DNA from: Octopus sinensis
Taxonomy: Eukaryota
DNA length: 64,000 bases
Assembly (NCBI RefSeq): GCF_006345805.1
Contig: NC_043002.1
Location: 70,494,001 to 70,558,000 of the forward strand
Direction of reading: 5' to 3'
Shown: in pieces, positions 28,330-41,320 of the stretch
Numbering within the stretch: the stretch's first letter is position 1
Layout of the letters: each line of letters begins with the position of its first letter
Program-made: the position numbers and the translations under genes
Notes under the pieces: model-generated
Database searches by the model: none
Seen by the model: the letters and a program-made list of their open reading frames with translations, nothing else
Told to the model about the DNA's origin: nothing

Positions 28330-30120
28330 TCTTCTTTACTTGTCTAATTCGACCTCTGTAAAGTCATTACCCCAGGAAATAGGCGTTAAGTTTCCAGAAA
28401 CTTGGTCCCTGTATAGGGAACTTATCTTGGTTGAATCTGGTTTTGTAGTCTATATAACCGACAACTTTGAAATGCATGGGGGGACCTGCGCTATCTTTAT
28501 CTTGTGACCTAAAAATTACTCCGCCTTGAATCGATCTGGATGTTGCAATCAAGAGTACTGGTATCCTCATTGGTATCTACAGGAAATCCAGTCCTACACT
28601 ATCAGCAATTGAAAACGACTGAGCTGGATTGCAAAGCTTTTACATCAACCTTTCTAATCAGCAAACATCAGACAACCCAGATGTACATCAAAGACAACAT
28701 TCGAATTGTCCACAAGCACCAAAAGTGGAACGATCCCAGTAAACCATACAGACACCTGAAGAAATCCGGCAGAGCATACACAGCGGCTAATCTAAAGAAT
28801 TTCAGTCCGTTACCCTTCATGTCTTGAATCACCAACCTCGTCCAGAAAGATCGACAATGTCACCAAGCCCAGGCTATTTCGAAACAGTGCCGCTACCCCA
28901 TCACCCTTACAAGCCGAGTAAGTGATCTTAAAATCAACAAAAATGTGTGTTAAGCTGTGTAGGTTCGAAATCCAGATTTCGCAGATGACTAGCACGACCA
29001 ATCTAGCGATGAGATGTCAATGAGCTGACGACACTGCATTTAGTGTGACCCCCCCCCCCCCGACGCAATGTGCATTCATACACTTCTTTCCCTGTATCAT
29101 CACGTTGCTTGAAACTTAACGAGGAGAAAATGAAACCGGATATGTAACCAATTGGTGGCCCTGGAGACCGGGTGAGACTTCGAGGATTGTGTTATGTCCT
29201 TCCAAAATGATACAGGCTAAAAATAACCAGATGTCCAACCCAGGCGGAACTCTATGCGATACATATGGTAGCTATGAACTTTGCTGTTCATCTTTCTTTC
29301 CGAGTTCTGTTCATCTGGCACGTGTCATGGCTTCTAAGGCCCTTCCTCTTTGTATTTAGTCCTTCACATTCCAGAAGGAACCTGAAGCTTTTTGTATTTG
29401 AGCTTCGGTGGCTCTTTCCACCATCCTTGATTTCAAACCGATTGTACGATACGTCACTGTGCGGCATATCGTATCCTGGATTGTCTCAGTGAAAGTATTT
29501 AACTTTTCAGCCATTTCGTCACTCTCGGCTAGCTGTCTCGCATTTTAAGTTCCTCTTCGGAGAAGTGTATTCTCTGGAGAGATGACTCGGTTACTTCAGC
29601 GAATGACAGTTTAGAAGATCTAATCCAAGCCGTTGCACCGATTCATGTCTCAGCGCCTTCATTGTTTTGTTATTGTTTTTGACGGTTTTGTTGCTGCAGT
29701 TGTTGTTCTGGTTGTTGCTGGCGCTGCTGATGTTGTTGTTGCTGCAGCTGTTGTTCTTGCTGTTATTGTTACTTATCCTCAACGCGTCCGTTGCTTTGCT
29801 GACGAAAGGGATCTCATTGTTTGCATTTTTAAAATCGCTGTTTTTCTTTGGAACAGTGTTGTCAAAAACGGAGCCTTCGCTTTTCCGAAGATCTTCTAAG
29901 CGATCCTTCTTGAAAAAAATGGCTCGGCCTTTTAGTCCGTTTGTTTTTCGACAAAAATACAGCTATCGTCTGTTCTTCTTTTTAGCCCCAAGTCGCTTCG
30001 CGCGCCCGCTCTCTCGCTCTCATTGATGTTTGGTGACGCTGCTCACGCTCGTCCATTTCTCGCATATGAGCACCACTGTGTTTTATTGTTTCCTCCATGT
30101 TGGTGGGGATAATGCAAACA
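28330..30120 (-). mobile_element. Decayed L1/Tx1-clade LINE 5' part: ORF1 remnant plus ORF2 APE endonuclease remnant
   Basis: ORF1-like RTVTYRTIGLKSRMVERATEAQIQKA and VPPGLDIWLFLACIILEG (about 29130-29465); APE-like VVLVICE, GVAALF (28810-29001) and the L1-typical GPSFWKLN (about 28390-28415); stops and frameshifts throughout. Confidence 0.75.
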
Positions 30121-30284
30121 ACTACGGTTAAAAACCAAAATCAATCGACCTGTCCTCCAAAAATGGGGGACAAGACAGAAAAATGAACTCACCGCTCGAA
30201 ATGCCCTGATTCAGTAGCAGGCAATGGCTCTCATGTCTTCTGATCTTAACTGACTGGAAATGTTACTAAGTACATTGTTTTGAC

Positions 30285-31154
30285 TTGGTATCAAAGATGG
30301 GCTACAGCAAATATTCTGCTCAATACCACAGAATTGCTTGTCAGTTGCTTGACTGTAAACATGTCATTTGGTGGCGGGTGATATGTGCATCTCTGATCTC
30401 GAGTAGGATTAGTAAGTAGTAGGGGAGCGTCATAGCCATGTGTTGAGAGGAATTCTTTGAGGTTTGGATAATTCACCTTTAGAAACGTAGGTGTTTTACT
30501 CTTTTCCTCTTTTACTTGTTTGAGTTCTTTGACTGCGGCCATGCTGGAGCATCGCCTTTAGTCGAGCAAATCGACCCCAGAACTTATTCTTTGTAAGCCT
30601 AATACTGATTCTATCGGTCTCTTTTGCCGAACCGCTAAGTTACGGGTGCGTACACACACCAGCATCGGTTGTCAAGCAATGTTGGGGGACAAACACAGAC
30701 ACACAAACACACACACACACACACAACACACACATATATATATACATATATTTATATACGACGGACTTCTTCCAGTTTCCGTCTAAAATATTCACTCACA
30801 AGGCTTTGGTCTGCCCGAGGCTATAGTAGAAGACATTTGCGCAAGGTGCCACGCAGTGGGACTGAACCCGGAACCATGTGGTTGGTAAGCAAGCTACTTA
30901 CCACACAGCCACACCTGCGTTTTGTTTAACAACCTTAAACAACCCTTATTCAGGGACCTTTTGATCGGGATGAGCTACTCGACCTGCAAAGTCATGCACT
31001 GTTTATCGTGATATGAGACCCCTATGTCGCGCACATAAAAATGTGATGTATTTGCCAGGTGTACCCTTATCAGACTGGTACTCATGATGGTTATATTGAG
31101 CTTCGTATATTTTACTCCAGTGTCACTTTGATGGCATGTGCTTCTCTCTCACTC

Positions 31155-31195
<41 letters not shown>
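30285..31195. mobile_element. AAT-tailed interspersed repeat interrupted by a nested family A SINE (about 30500-30920, minus strand)
   Basis: Flanks 30285-30500 and 30925-31150 join to match the uninterrupted copy at 31688-32120. Confidence 0.8.
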
Positions 31196-31196
<1 letters not shown>

Positions 31197-31635
31197 TTCT
31201 TTATTGGCCGTAACGACCAAACACAAAACATATGAACATTACGTAGACGAGGAATATTAATAATAATGGTTTCAAGCTTTTGTTGGTACAAGGTCAGCAG
31301 TTTCGGTCTGAGAAGGTACGTCACATGCTTCGACACTAGGGCTAAAGTGGTACTTATTTTATCGACTACAAAAAGGTGAAAACAAAGTTTGCGTGTGTGT
31401 CTTTTTGAGTATGTGTGTACAATGGAAGTGGGATGGTAAACATTCAACGCTGAAAAAAAAATCACCGTTTCAACTCTGTGTGAGTATGTGTGTGTATGTG
31501 TGTGCGTGTACAAAGGTAGTATGTGAATGTTTGTATCTGTGATTATTATGTACCTTATTATGTGCCTTGTTTATACATAAAATACTACAATTAGCCGTCA
31601 TTTTGAACAGCAAGGTGCCCGCTAGTGATAATAAT

Positions 31636-31670
<35 letters not shown>

Positions 31671-31687
31671 TAATAAATAATTGCTCA

Positions 31688-32120
31688 ATACCATAGATTT
31701 GCTTGTCAGTTATTTGACCTTAACCAGTTGAGCATGTTCCCTAGTGGCTGACTGTACGTGCATCTCTGATCACGAGCAGAAGTAGTGGGGAGTATCATAG
31801 CCATGTGTTGAGAGGGATTCTTTGAGGTTTGAATAATTCACCTCTGGAAACATAGGTGGTTCGTTCAACATCCTTAAACAACCCTTATTCAGGGACCTTT
31901 TAAGCGGGATGGGTTACTCGACCAGAAAAAAATTCTAACTGGGCCCCACCTGCAAGGTCATGTGCTGTTTATGTAGATATGAGATCACCATGTCGCGCAC
32001 ATATGGTTGTGATGCATGTGCCTAGTGTACCCTTATCAGACGGGTAGTCATGATGGTTATACTGGGCTTCGTATATTTTACCCCAGTGTCACTTTGATGG
32101 TATGCACTGCTCTCTCACTC

Positions 32121-32169
<49 letters not shown>

Positions 32170-32170
32170 T
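31688..32170 (+). mobile_element. Uninterrupted copy of the AAT-tailed repeat (possible LINE 3' end or LINE-dependent SINE)
   Basis: About 430-bp unit flanked on both sides by (AAT)n; ends GCTCTCTCACTC(AAT)n. Confidence 0.7.
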
Positions 32171-33934
32171 AATAATGATAATTTCTACTATAGGCACAAG
32201 GACTGAAATTTGGGGGGAGGGGACTAGTCGATTACATGGACCCCGGTGCTTCAGTGGTATTTAATTTATCGATCCCGATAAATTTTATTAAGGCTGCCAG
32301 ACCGCAGCCTTAATGATAATAATAATAATAATAATAATAATGATACGAAATATAATACTGTAGATATAGTGAACTGGACATGTGATAGCTTTGATAGCTT
32401 GTGGCCACGTACGTGAATCAGTGACAATAGGTATGGTCTGTGCTGTAACAAAAATCGGGCATAATCTGTAAGGACAAATCGGGAATTCAATGATGGATGC
32501 ATTAATAATAGCTTTGCATAGGAACAGAAAACGCTATAGTTCTTATGAATTATGGACAATCATTTAGAAAACCCATTCTTGAACATCAACGAAGATAAAT
32601 AAACGCTGTAAAGATTACACAATAGGGAAATAAAAAATCACAACATATCAACACCCACTGATATAAGCGAGCTAAACGATTTGCTGTACATGGGCAGGAA
32701 TAGAAAATGCGTTGTTAAATAAATAAGTATTGCTACAAGAGATAAGAATCCTCATCACGGGATAAATGATTGGACGGGTAAATATAAGTATACAATTGAT
32801 ATCTTACTTAGCAAAGTAAGTTGGATAACAGATAATCCTTTCAGAAATAAATGAAAAACATATAGAATGAATCTGTGAACACCCGAATCTTTTAAACAAT
32901 ACAAAACAAAAAATAAATAAATAGCTTAAATCATTGATTAACTGCTATATCATTTACGAAAAAAGTATTCTTTTAAAACTATGGCTTTCAAAACTACCTA
33001 CAAAAAGTCTCTTGAAAAATATCCAGTGAAAACAGAAGTAAACAATATTCTAAAATAAGTTTAAAATGAGAAACCTTTCGGAAACCAGTTTGTGAAAAGG
33101 AAATCATAGCAAAATGATATTTGGGCAGAAGATAGTTACGAGAGAGAAAACAAACCCACAAACATGTAGAAATTAAAACAAAAATATTTTGTCAACTTAT
33201 TAAGATATCTGATTTGAACGACTTCGGAAACTGGAAAATGCATGGCGCTGAGAAAACGCAAAAGCTTCCGTGGTTGTATTCCGTTTATGCTAAATATTTG
33301 AGCAGAAACAGAATTGCAGATGTGTTTGTGAGAACTGAGCGCAGTCAAACTATAAATGAATATTTCGACAGAATATAATAATTACCAAAGATTCATCTGA
33401 ATTGCAAAATTACAATATGTTCCATTAATATATCAGTACAAACTCCACTATGTATCTGTGTGGTACTAGATGAATCATAAAAATGTAGAACTAAGCAAAC
33501 AATCTACAATAAAAATAGCACATAAGAGGACTATCGAATGGAAAAAGCAGTTTAAAGAGGTAATTATTTATGGTGCTTGCGACACTGCCGCTTCACAAGA
33601 AGTCTCCTCTTCCCTTTCACGTATTAGGGTCTTGAAAAGCTAGAGCATTGTAAGTAAATACTCATGAATTATATGTCGAGCAACAACATTCTAAACTAAA
33701 ACAACAGAAGTTGGCCATATCTAGGTGCCTTAGACATTAATACAGAACGGAGGTTCACCATTATTGATTAATATGTCGTTAGAAATGTCTTTGAGCTATA
33801 AAGCATATCTTTGTATGACTAAAACTATCGTGGCTAGTATGTACTCTGATTTGGATTCACAAACCCAGTGTGGATGGGGTAACAGAAACTGCAGCATGCG
33901 AGAAGCAAGAAGAGGTTATCATTATTGCGGAATA

Positions 33935-34140
33935 AAATGAATGTGAGCTGGCAGAATTGTTAGAGAGTCGGAAAGAAAAAGCTTTGCAGTATTACCAAGT
34001 TCAAATTCCGGCGAGGTCGACTTTGCTTTTCATCATTTCAGGATTGAAAAAATATATACCAATCATGTATTGGGACGGATGAAATCGACGTGCTTACTCC
34101 TCTCAAAACTGAAGGTCTTGTGCCAAAATTAGAAATGACC
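33935..34140 (+). mobile_element. SINE family B
   Basis: GAGCTGGCAGAATTGTTAG...AAGTTCAAATTCCGGCGAGGTCGACTTTGCTTTTCATC. Confidence 0.75.
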
Positions 34141-34967
34141 ATTAGTGTGGAATAAATATCCACAATTCTTATAGCAAAAATGAAAACTGCTCTACCAGTG
34201 TCGTTTGACTTCTGAAACGACATATCACACTATATCAAGTTCGGTACAATAACCCATGCGAATTTGATATCCTAATAGGCTGCAGCAATTTCTGCTTCAG
34301 TAGACATAACCTGATGGTGTATGGCTCCTCTCTAGTTATGAATGACTATTCATTTCTGTGAAAGTTCTGCGTTATATTCAGGTTTTATATTTAATTTTGA
34401 TAATTAAACAGAAACTTCATTTAGCCAAAAACACGAAGTGAAGGAGCCGGTTTAATTGCCAACAATCCGATTATGGAACGTAATATATTAGGATACATCG
34501 GTCGTGTATCATATAGAAGTTGACTTATAGCAACTTCAATAATATATACTTAGAGACAAAATAACATAACTAATCAATATACATTTAATCACCGTATTAT
34601 TTCTTTGAAATATATCTGTGGTTAACATGCTCATTTTGTAACCACGTTATTTCGGCTTCAATCTTCATTCACGGCACCGAGAGTGTGTGTCTCCTACCAT
34701 AGACTCGGGTTTATTCATGCCTGGCCAGCATATTTAGTTGCGAAACACTGTTGGAAGTTCGTTTATTTGATATATATACGCGTGTAGACTTTTATTACTA
34801 TTTACTACTTATTGTACTTTATTGATTTTTAGAATAAGGGTTTTTTAGTATATGTTTTCTATATGATGTGAATAACATCTTTCATTTTGAATAGTTTAAC
34901 AGAGGTTTTTCTCTAAATTATATACACATAATATATATAGTGAAATTTGATTTAAAATTGTTAAATT

Positions 34968-35086
34968 GAATTTTTCCCTTGAATTATATATATATATATA
35001 TGCCTACCATATCCTATATATATATTTCCCCTCGAATTATATATATATATATATGCCTACCATATTCTATATATATTTTCCCCTCG

Positions 35087-35125
<39 letters not shown>
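34968..35125. repeat. About 53-bp tandem repeat (2.5-3 copies) with an internal (TA)n
   Basis: TTTCCCCTCGAATT(AT)nGCCTACCATAT.CTATATAT repeated. Confidence 0.85.
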
Positions 35126-35126
<1 letters not shown>

Positions 35127-36614
35127 ATATCCGGAACATATAAAGGAAGTGAGATAAGAGAATATATAGAACTGTTTCACAATCTCTTTAGCGTTCACAA
35201 TCTCTTTTTGCGTTCTCTTATTTTAGGAACAACTTCATGCATTGGTGAACCTCGAGTAAACTCTTAACTCCCACTCATAATATATTTTTTAAAATACTTT
35301 TATTTTGGGATGGATATTGTCTTTTATTTTCCTTTTATGCAAATTGTCAAAATTAACTTGAATACGCTGTAATAGGTATGCATCAACATTCAAACATTTA
35401 TACAATGCATGAAGATATATATGAATGGAAATATGTATACAGACTTGCGCTCAGAAATCAAGAGATTAATCTTCAGAACGAGTCAAAGTACTTTAAAAAG
35501 TGTGGGTGAGCTCCCTACCAACTGAAGCAATAAATACCGAACTTGAAATATGTACTGAGCTCCATTTGTATAACTAAACACGTCAAGTGTGTGTTCGAAC
35601 AGTGACGCAACCCAATGACCTAAACAGGTAAAAGAAAAGACTGTACGCATATAAGCTGCTGCCTCTTTTAACAGTGTCCATGTGGATACCTATGAAGCAG
35701 TCGCTCTCTTCCATCATGGTTGAGCTACAACCATGATGATAAACTACAACAACCGCAGCAGTTTGCAGTAGAGATTCGTAGTTGAACTGGAACTTTGGAT
35801 TCCGTATGTGGTTTTGTAAGTTAGCTTAAAGTCATTTTAATAAAGTTTGTAATTTCTTTATATGAGCATCCCAAAGTGGCCATTACGTCCAGTTAATTCT
35901 AAAACATATTAAATCAAATTTAATCCTCAATTTCAATTGAAATAAGCGCTCGGAATGGTGAGATCAATAGAGCGCCGATAAAAGATTATTTCGATATAAT
36001 TGGTTGCTGATTTGAATCTGTGAATTCCAGTTCCCATGTGGTGGCCATTTCCTTTCATCTCTTCCACGGTAGTATTTCCTGAACACTGGTGGCTTTGTCT
36101 GTATTAGAAATCATTATATTTTAATTGTAAAAACCTCGTAGCTGCAAATGAACGCACAATTTTTGTTTCAAATTATAAACAGGCTGATTTCACATTTAAG
36201 CTGTTGATAACATTGCGGGAAACAAGCAAATAGTATTAATAAAAAAAAATTGCTGTCAAGTTCAAATTTCTAATTCAAGTAATGCTGATGAACAACATGC
36301 ATTACTAATATCACGAGGATCTTGTGTAACAGAAGTGATTGGAACCAACCATTAATGTAAATTCAAGTTTGTACCTTAGGGAGAGAGAGAGAACATGAGA
36401 GAGAGAGGAAGAACATGCGAGAAAGAGAGAGAGACAGATAGAAAGATTGAGAGAGAGAGAAGGAGTGTGTGTGTGTGTGTGTGTGTGTGTGAGAAGGGAG
36501 GATTAGTGTGTGCAAGGACACTGGCAAAATATTGCAATTGAAGCGAGAGAATTTTCAATAAATTATCACGGAAGAAATGAGATACAAGTTGAACTAATAT
36601 GAAAATATCATAAA

Positions 36615-38090
36615 CTAGCAGTATAACCCGGCCTTGCCCGGGATTAAGTAACGTTTATTAAGCTAATCAAGTTCGTTCACCTATTGCATGTTTTGTGCAT
36701 GCATATATGTTCATAGACAGAAAGGAATGGAAAAATGTTGTTAAATTTGTAGATTAACACTCGCACGATTTTCACTAAGAAAAATAATATGCAACAAAAC
36801 CCTTTTTGTGGTCCGTGAAACGGAGTGGGTGTGGTGGAAGCACTGACAAATTGCTACTCACCTCTTTGTTTCTTTGTTGTTAAATAAATGAATTGTCAAC
36901 AAAACACATTTTTACTCGGCGTAAAATAAAAACAAAACTCTTTCGCACCCAAAATAATGTGTGAGAGAGAGGGGGGGGAGAAAGATGAACGATTTAAAAT
37001 AAATAAATGATTTAAAATAAATATATTGTAATTGTTGTGTGAGAAAATTTTTTGTAAAATATATTTTGTAAAATATATTGTGGGGAAAATTTTTGAGGAA
37101 AACTTTCAAGAATTCTTGTGGGAAATTTTCATAAAATTTTCAAAAATTTTTGATTCGCTGTTGTTTTCTATAATTAGAATTTTAAGGTAAATTTTCGAAA
37201 AAGTTTTCAAAAGCTTTTGGGTAATAATTTTCAAAATTAAAAAAAAATTTTTGCGGAAAATTTTCAAATAATTTTTGAAAAATGTCTGGGGAAAATTTTC
37301 GAAAACTTTTTCAAAAGTTTTTGGGGAAAATTTTCAAAAAATTTTTCAGTTATTTATGGTGAAAATTTTCAAAAAATTTGTCAAAAATTTTAGGGAAAAT
37401 TTTCAAAAATCTGAGGAAAATTTCCGAGGAAAATTTTCAAAAAATTAGAATTTTGAGGAAAATTTTCGAAAAAGTTTTCAAAAGTTTTTTGGGAAAACTT
37501 TCAAAAAATTTTTCATTTATTTATGGGGAAAATTTTCAAAAAATTTGTCAAAAATTTTGGGGAAAATTTTCAAGAATTTTTGAGGAAAATTTTTGAATCG
37601 CTCTTGTTTTCCATAATTAGAATTTAGAGGAAAATTTTCGAAAAAGTTTTAAAAAATTTTGGGGTAAAAATTTTCAAAAAATTTTTCAAAAATTTTTGAG
37701 GAAAATTTTCGAAAAATTTCTCAAAAATTTTGGGGAAAATTTTCAAAAATTTTTGAGGAAAATTTTCAAGAACTTTTGAGGAAAATATTCAGAAAATTTT
37801 CAAAGATTTTTGAATCGCTGTTGTTTTCCATAATTAGACAATACCCCAACCCTTTTGACACAATCCAATGATGTAAGCGATCTCTGACACAATGTGATGT
37901 TTTCACCATATCGTGTGTGTCTTTTTAATTATTTTTTTCTTAACTAAACACTTTCAAACTTCCGTTACTGGTAGAATGTGTCACATAGAACAGGGTTTAC
38001 TCTTAACGTTTTGAATAAAATTTGGTACTTTAGAAGTTATTTCGTCTGAAGTTACAGAGTGACAATGGACAAATTCGTGTTTGATAAGTG
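36615..38090 (-). mobile_element. Non-autonomous Helitron (3' terminus clear, 5' terminus not resolved)
   Basis: Minus-strand end CCCGG-GCAAGG-CCGGG hairpin, 8-nt spacer, CTAG|T at 36615. Confidence 0.6.
37050..37830. repeat. A/T-tract satellite (GAGGAAAATTTTCGAAAAATTTT-like units)
   Basis: Dense alternating A4-5/T4-5 palindromic tracts; a longer unit GAATCGCT.TTGTTTTCCATAATTAG recurs at about 37155, 37595 and 37812. Confidence 0.9.
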
Positions 38091-38842
38091 CCAATACACG
38101 AAACTCTCAGTTTTCGACTTACTCTCTAACTTCTGCCGATGATATATATACATATTACATAAATGTGTGAAAAAAATCTTATCACGCAATCGAACCAATG
38201 AAAGAGCCTTTACCTGGTCGCTCCACACGTTAAAAATAGCAGCCAAAGTAGCCTCCTACCTAAATCATACGCCCATTGTATGTAATGTCCTAGATTATCC
38301 CTAAAAAGACGGTTTGCTGAAGGCTGAAATGTCTTTGATTATACGTTTTCAGTATCAGGGTTGATTTGAGGCTAAATAACAACGTTATAGTCAATTTCTA
38401 TGTTAACACCCTCACGATTTTCATTAAAAAAATAATTTTTTTTGCGTGGAATCAAGACCTTGACCTCCTAATGTGCTGCAAATCCCTTATTTTGGTTCGG
38501 AAAAAATTAGGTGGGGTTCACCTCCCCATTCCCGGAATCGATGGAAATGTTTTTTCGTTGAATGAATTCCTGTGACCTCCTAATATTGCAAAATTAGGCT
38601 ACTTAAGGTTTTGGGATTTTGTTGTTTGTAATTTTTGGTGATCCATGGTGCAACGAACAAGATGGTAAAAATCCCTGCCATAAATTTGGTGTAGATGGGT
38701 AATATCAAATAAATCAATCACAACATATATTTAAATTCAACATGGATAAATTGAAATATTATTTTTCAGTATTTTATAAGGTAAGATCTTAAATTATGGA
38801 CACATTATTACTTATCTTATAACAGTAATGTCTGGAAAAATC

Positions 38843-39327
38843 ATGGATTGCATGAAAAATAAGACTCTTAAGATTATCAACCTAGAAAAGTTATTACACC
38901 TGTAATATTGCAGCTAAAATTAAAATTTGAATATTAAAAATTATTTTATTATAGTTTTCAAATAACACTATACATATTTAAGTACAATTTGGCTACTTTA
39001 TTACTTTAAATACATAAAATAGTGACTAATTAGAAAAATTTGCAAATTAGCTGAACAGTTTTGCGCAATAAAAGATGAGAACTCTAAAGAGTGATAAATT
39101 AGAAGCGGCATTCTTTTGAAAAACTTTTGGGGAAAATTTTCCAAAAATTTTTCCAAAAGCATTTTGGGGAAGAAGTAAAAAGTTTCTTATTCTTTATTTT
39201 ACTTGAAGTAGTAGTTTGTCTATACGTTTACAAGTTTGTCCTATACGTTTACAAGTGTAATAACTTGTCCCGTACTTTTCCAGGTTTATAATCTTAAGAA
39301 TATTACTTTTCATGCTTGCATTTTTCC

Positions 39328-39330
<3 letters not shown>
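38843..39330. mobile_element. TIR (MITE-like) element, degenerate copy
   Basis: Ends CATGGATTGCATG...CTTAAGATTATCAACCTAGAAAAG and TTTTCCAGGTTTATAATCTTAAGAATATT...CCATG, matching 44509-45370. Confidence 0.6.
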
Positions 39331-39391
<61 letters not shown>

Positions 39392-39468
39392 GAGCAGAGA
39401 TACCCGGCAATACCCGGTTACATTCAATTGAAGAATTAGACTTTTCTGTTATATATATATATATGGAT

Positions 39469-39504
<36 letters not shown>

Positions 39505-39586
39505 GTATATTAATATAAATACATGAAAGTACATGAAGTTTGTTAAAAAAAAAGGGGATCATGTATATACCTCCTGGCTGTTGAGA

Positions 39587-41320
39587 TTATAACACCTCGT
39601 TGTAAACAATGTTCCTTGTTTTTCCTTGTGGAACATATACAAAAAGGTTTCTTTTGGTCCCTACTCTTGAGCAGCCAACATACAGTTGCCCATGCGAGAA
39701 GCAGTGCTTTTCTATGAGAAGACCAGCTACAGAGAGGGTTTGACCCTGAGATTTGTTAATGGACATGGCAGAGCTTACACGAAGGGGGAATTGCAGTCTT
39801 CTGAATGTTAATGGAATTTCTTCTCCTGATGGAGTAAAAGGAATTCTTGGAATAAAGACGTCATCCCCTTTTCCACATCCAGAAAGAATGATCGCCTCGA
39901 TAACGTGTGACATCACTTTCTTTATCACCAGTCGTGTTCCATTGCAAAGTCTTGGTGGTTCCAGATTGCGGAGTAGCATTACAGGAGTTCCAACTTTAAG
40001 TGCTAATATGTGTGGAGGTAGTCCAGGAGGCTCCAGTGAATTGAGAAATTCAGGAGGATAGGCCACAACTTCATTTATATCTGGAAATGTATCAACAGAC
40101 TTCTAAGTGTGTATAGTGCCGGGAAGAGAATGCATTAGCTGTTGATTAATTTTGTTAACAGCGACGTTTTTTGGAGCTAATATTGCTCTTTCACACAGCC
40201 AATTGTGATTTTGGTAGTTTTGTGTGAAGTTGGGAAAGACTTTGTGTTTGAGGTCATCTACAGAATTAACAACAGAGAAAAATCACCACACTTCCATTTG
40301 TCCTGCAGCATCGAGAGGCATCGCCTTCACCAAGTGTCAAAATGTCCTGTGCAAACTTTGTGGACATTTTGTCGCCGTGTAGTTGAGCTCTCATGTTAGT
40401 GGTGAGACTGAGGATTGTAACATGATGCCACAGGGTAGAGGACTTTAGGCATGCTTGGAATTCATGTGCTCTAGTGCCTTTCGGAATGACAGGAAGAGCT
40501 TGCCTGAAATCACCTGACAACAGAAGTGTTACACCTCTCATTGGAGCCTGACAGTCTGGGATGTCTTTCAGGGCTCTATCTAATGCTTCCAAAGCTCCCT
40601 TGTGAGCCATAGTGCACTCATCCCAGACAATTAGATGACACATTTTAAGTACTTGTTCCTGATCTGAGCTTTTGTGGATGTTGCATGAAGGCATTTCGGA
40701 TGCTGCTAAATTGAGAGGGAGTTTAAAAGTTGGGTGTGTTGTCCTGCCACTGGGTAACAAAGTAGCTGCAATGCCAGAGGAGGCTGCAACTACTGCAATG
40801 TCCCGATGCTGCCTAACTTCTGCCAGGAGAAGCTTTGTAATAAATGTTTTTCCTATCCCTCCAGGAGCATCGAGGAAGAAGATTCGTGTCTCGCGTTGGC
40901 GTACACTGTCAAGAATAGTTCTGTAGGCCTGCAGCTGGTCCGGAAGTACATTTTCAACAATGTACTTTGAAAGAGCTCGAGTGTCGTAGGTTGTTTCACG
41001 AATGACAGTAGTGGGAAGGCTATTTGACCCTGACCTGAATGCTTGTGGCAGGCCATACGTCGACAATTCATTTCCACCCAGTTTAGCAATTCTGTCTTCA
41101 ATGTCAATGAGTGTTTTGTTATAGATTTCATTGCTGATACCCGCCATGTCAGGTTAGAGCAGTTGAGCTTGGCGCTGAAAGTCTTCAGCCAGGTTGTCTC
41201 TATATTTGAGCCAGAGAGTGGCCGGATCACATAGTTCGCATGCCTGTAGTAATACTGCAAATTTAGCCCTGAGACTTTTAAGTGATTGTGATAAAGCAGC
41301 CTCTCCTAAAGTTGCATTAT
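39587..41320 (-). pseudogene. Helitron PIF1-family (SF1B) DNA helicase domain, disrupted
   Basis: Motifs DAPGGIGKT (Walker A), [66 protein letters not shown] and [13 protein letters not shown]; split between ORFs 40266-41147 and 39587-40066. Confidence 0.92.
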
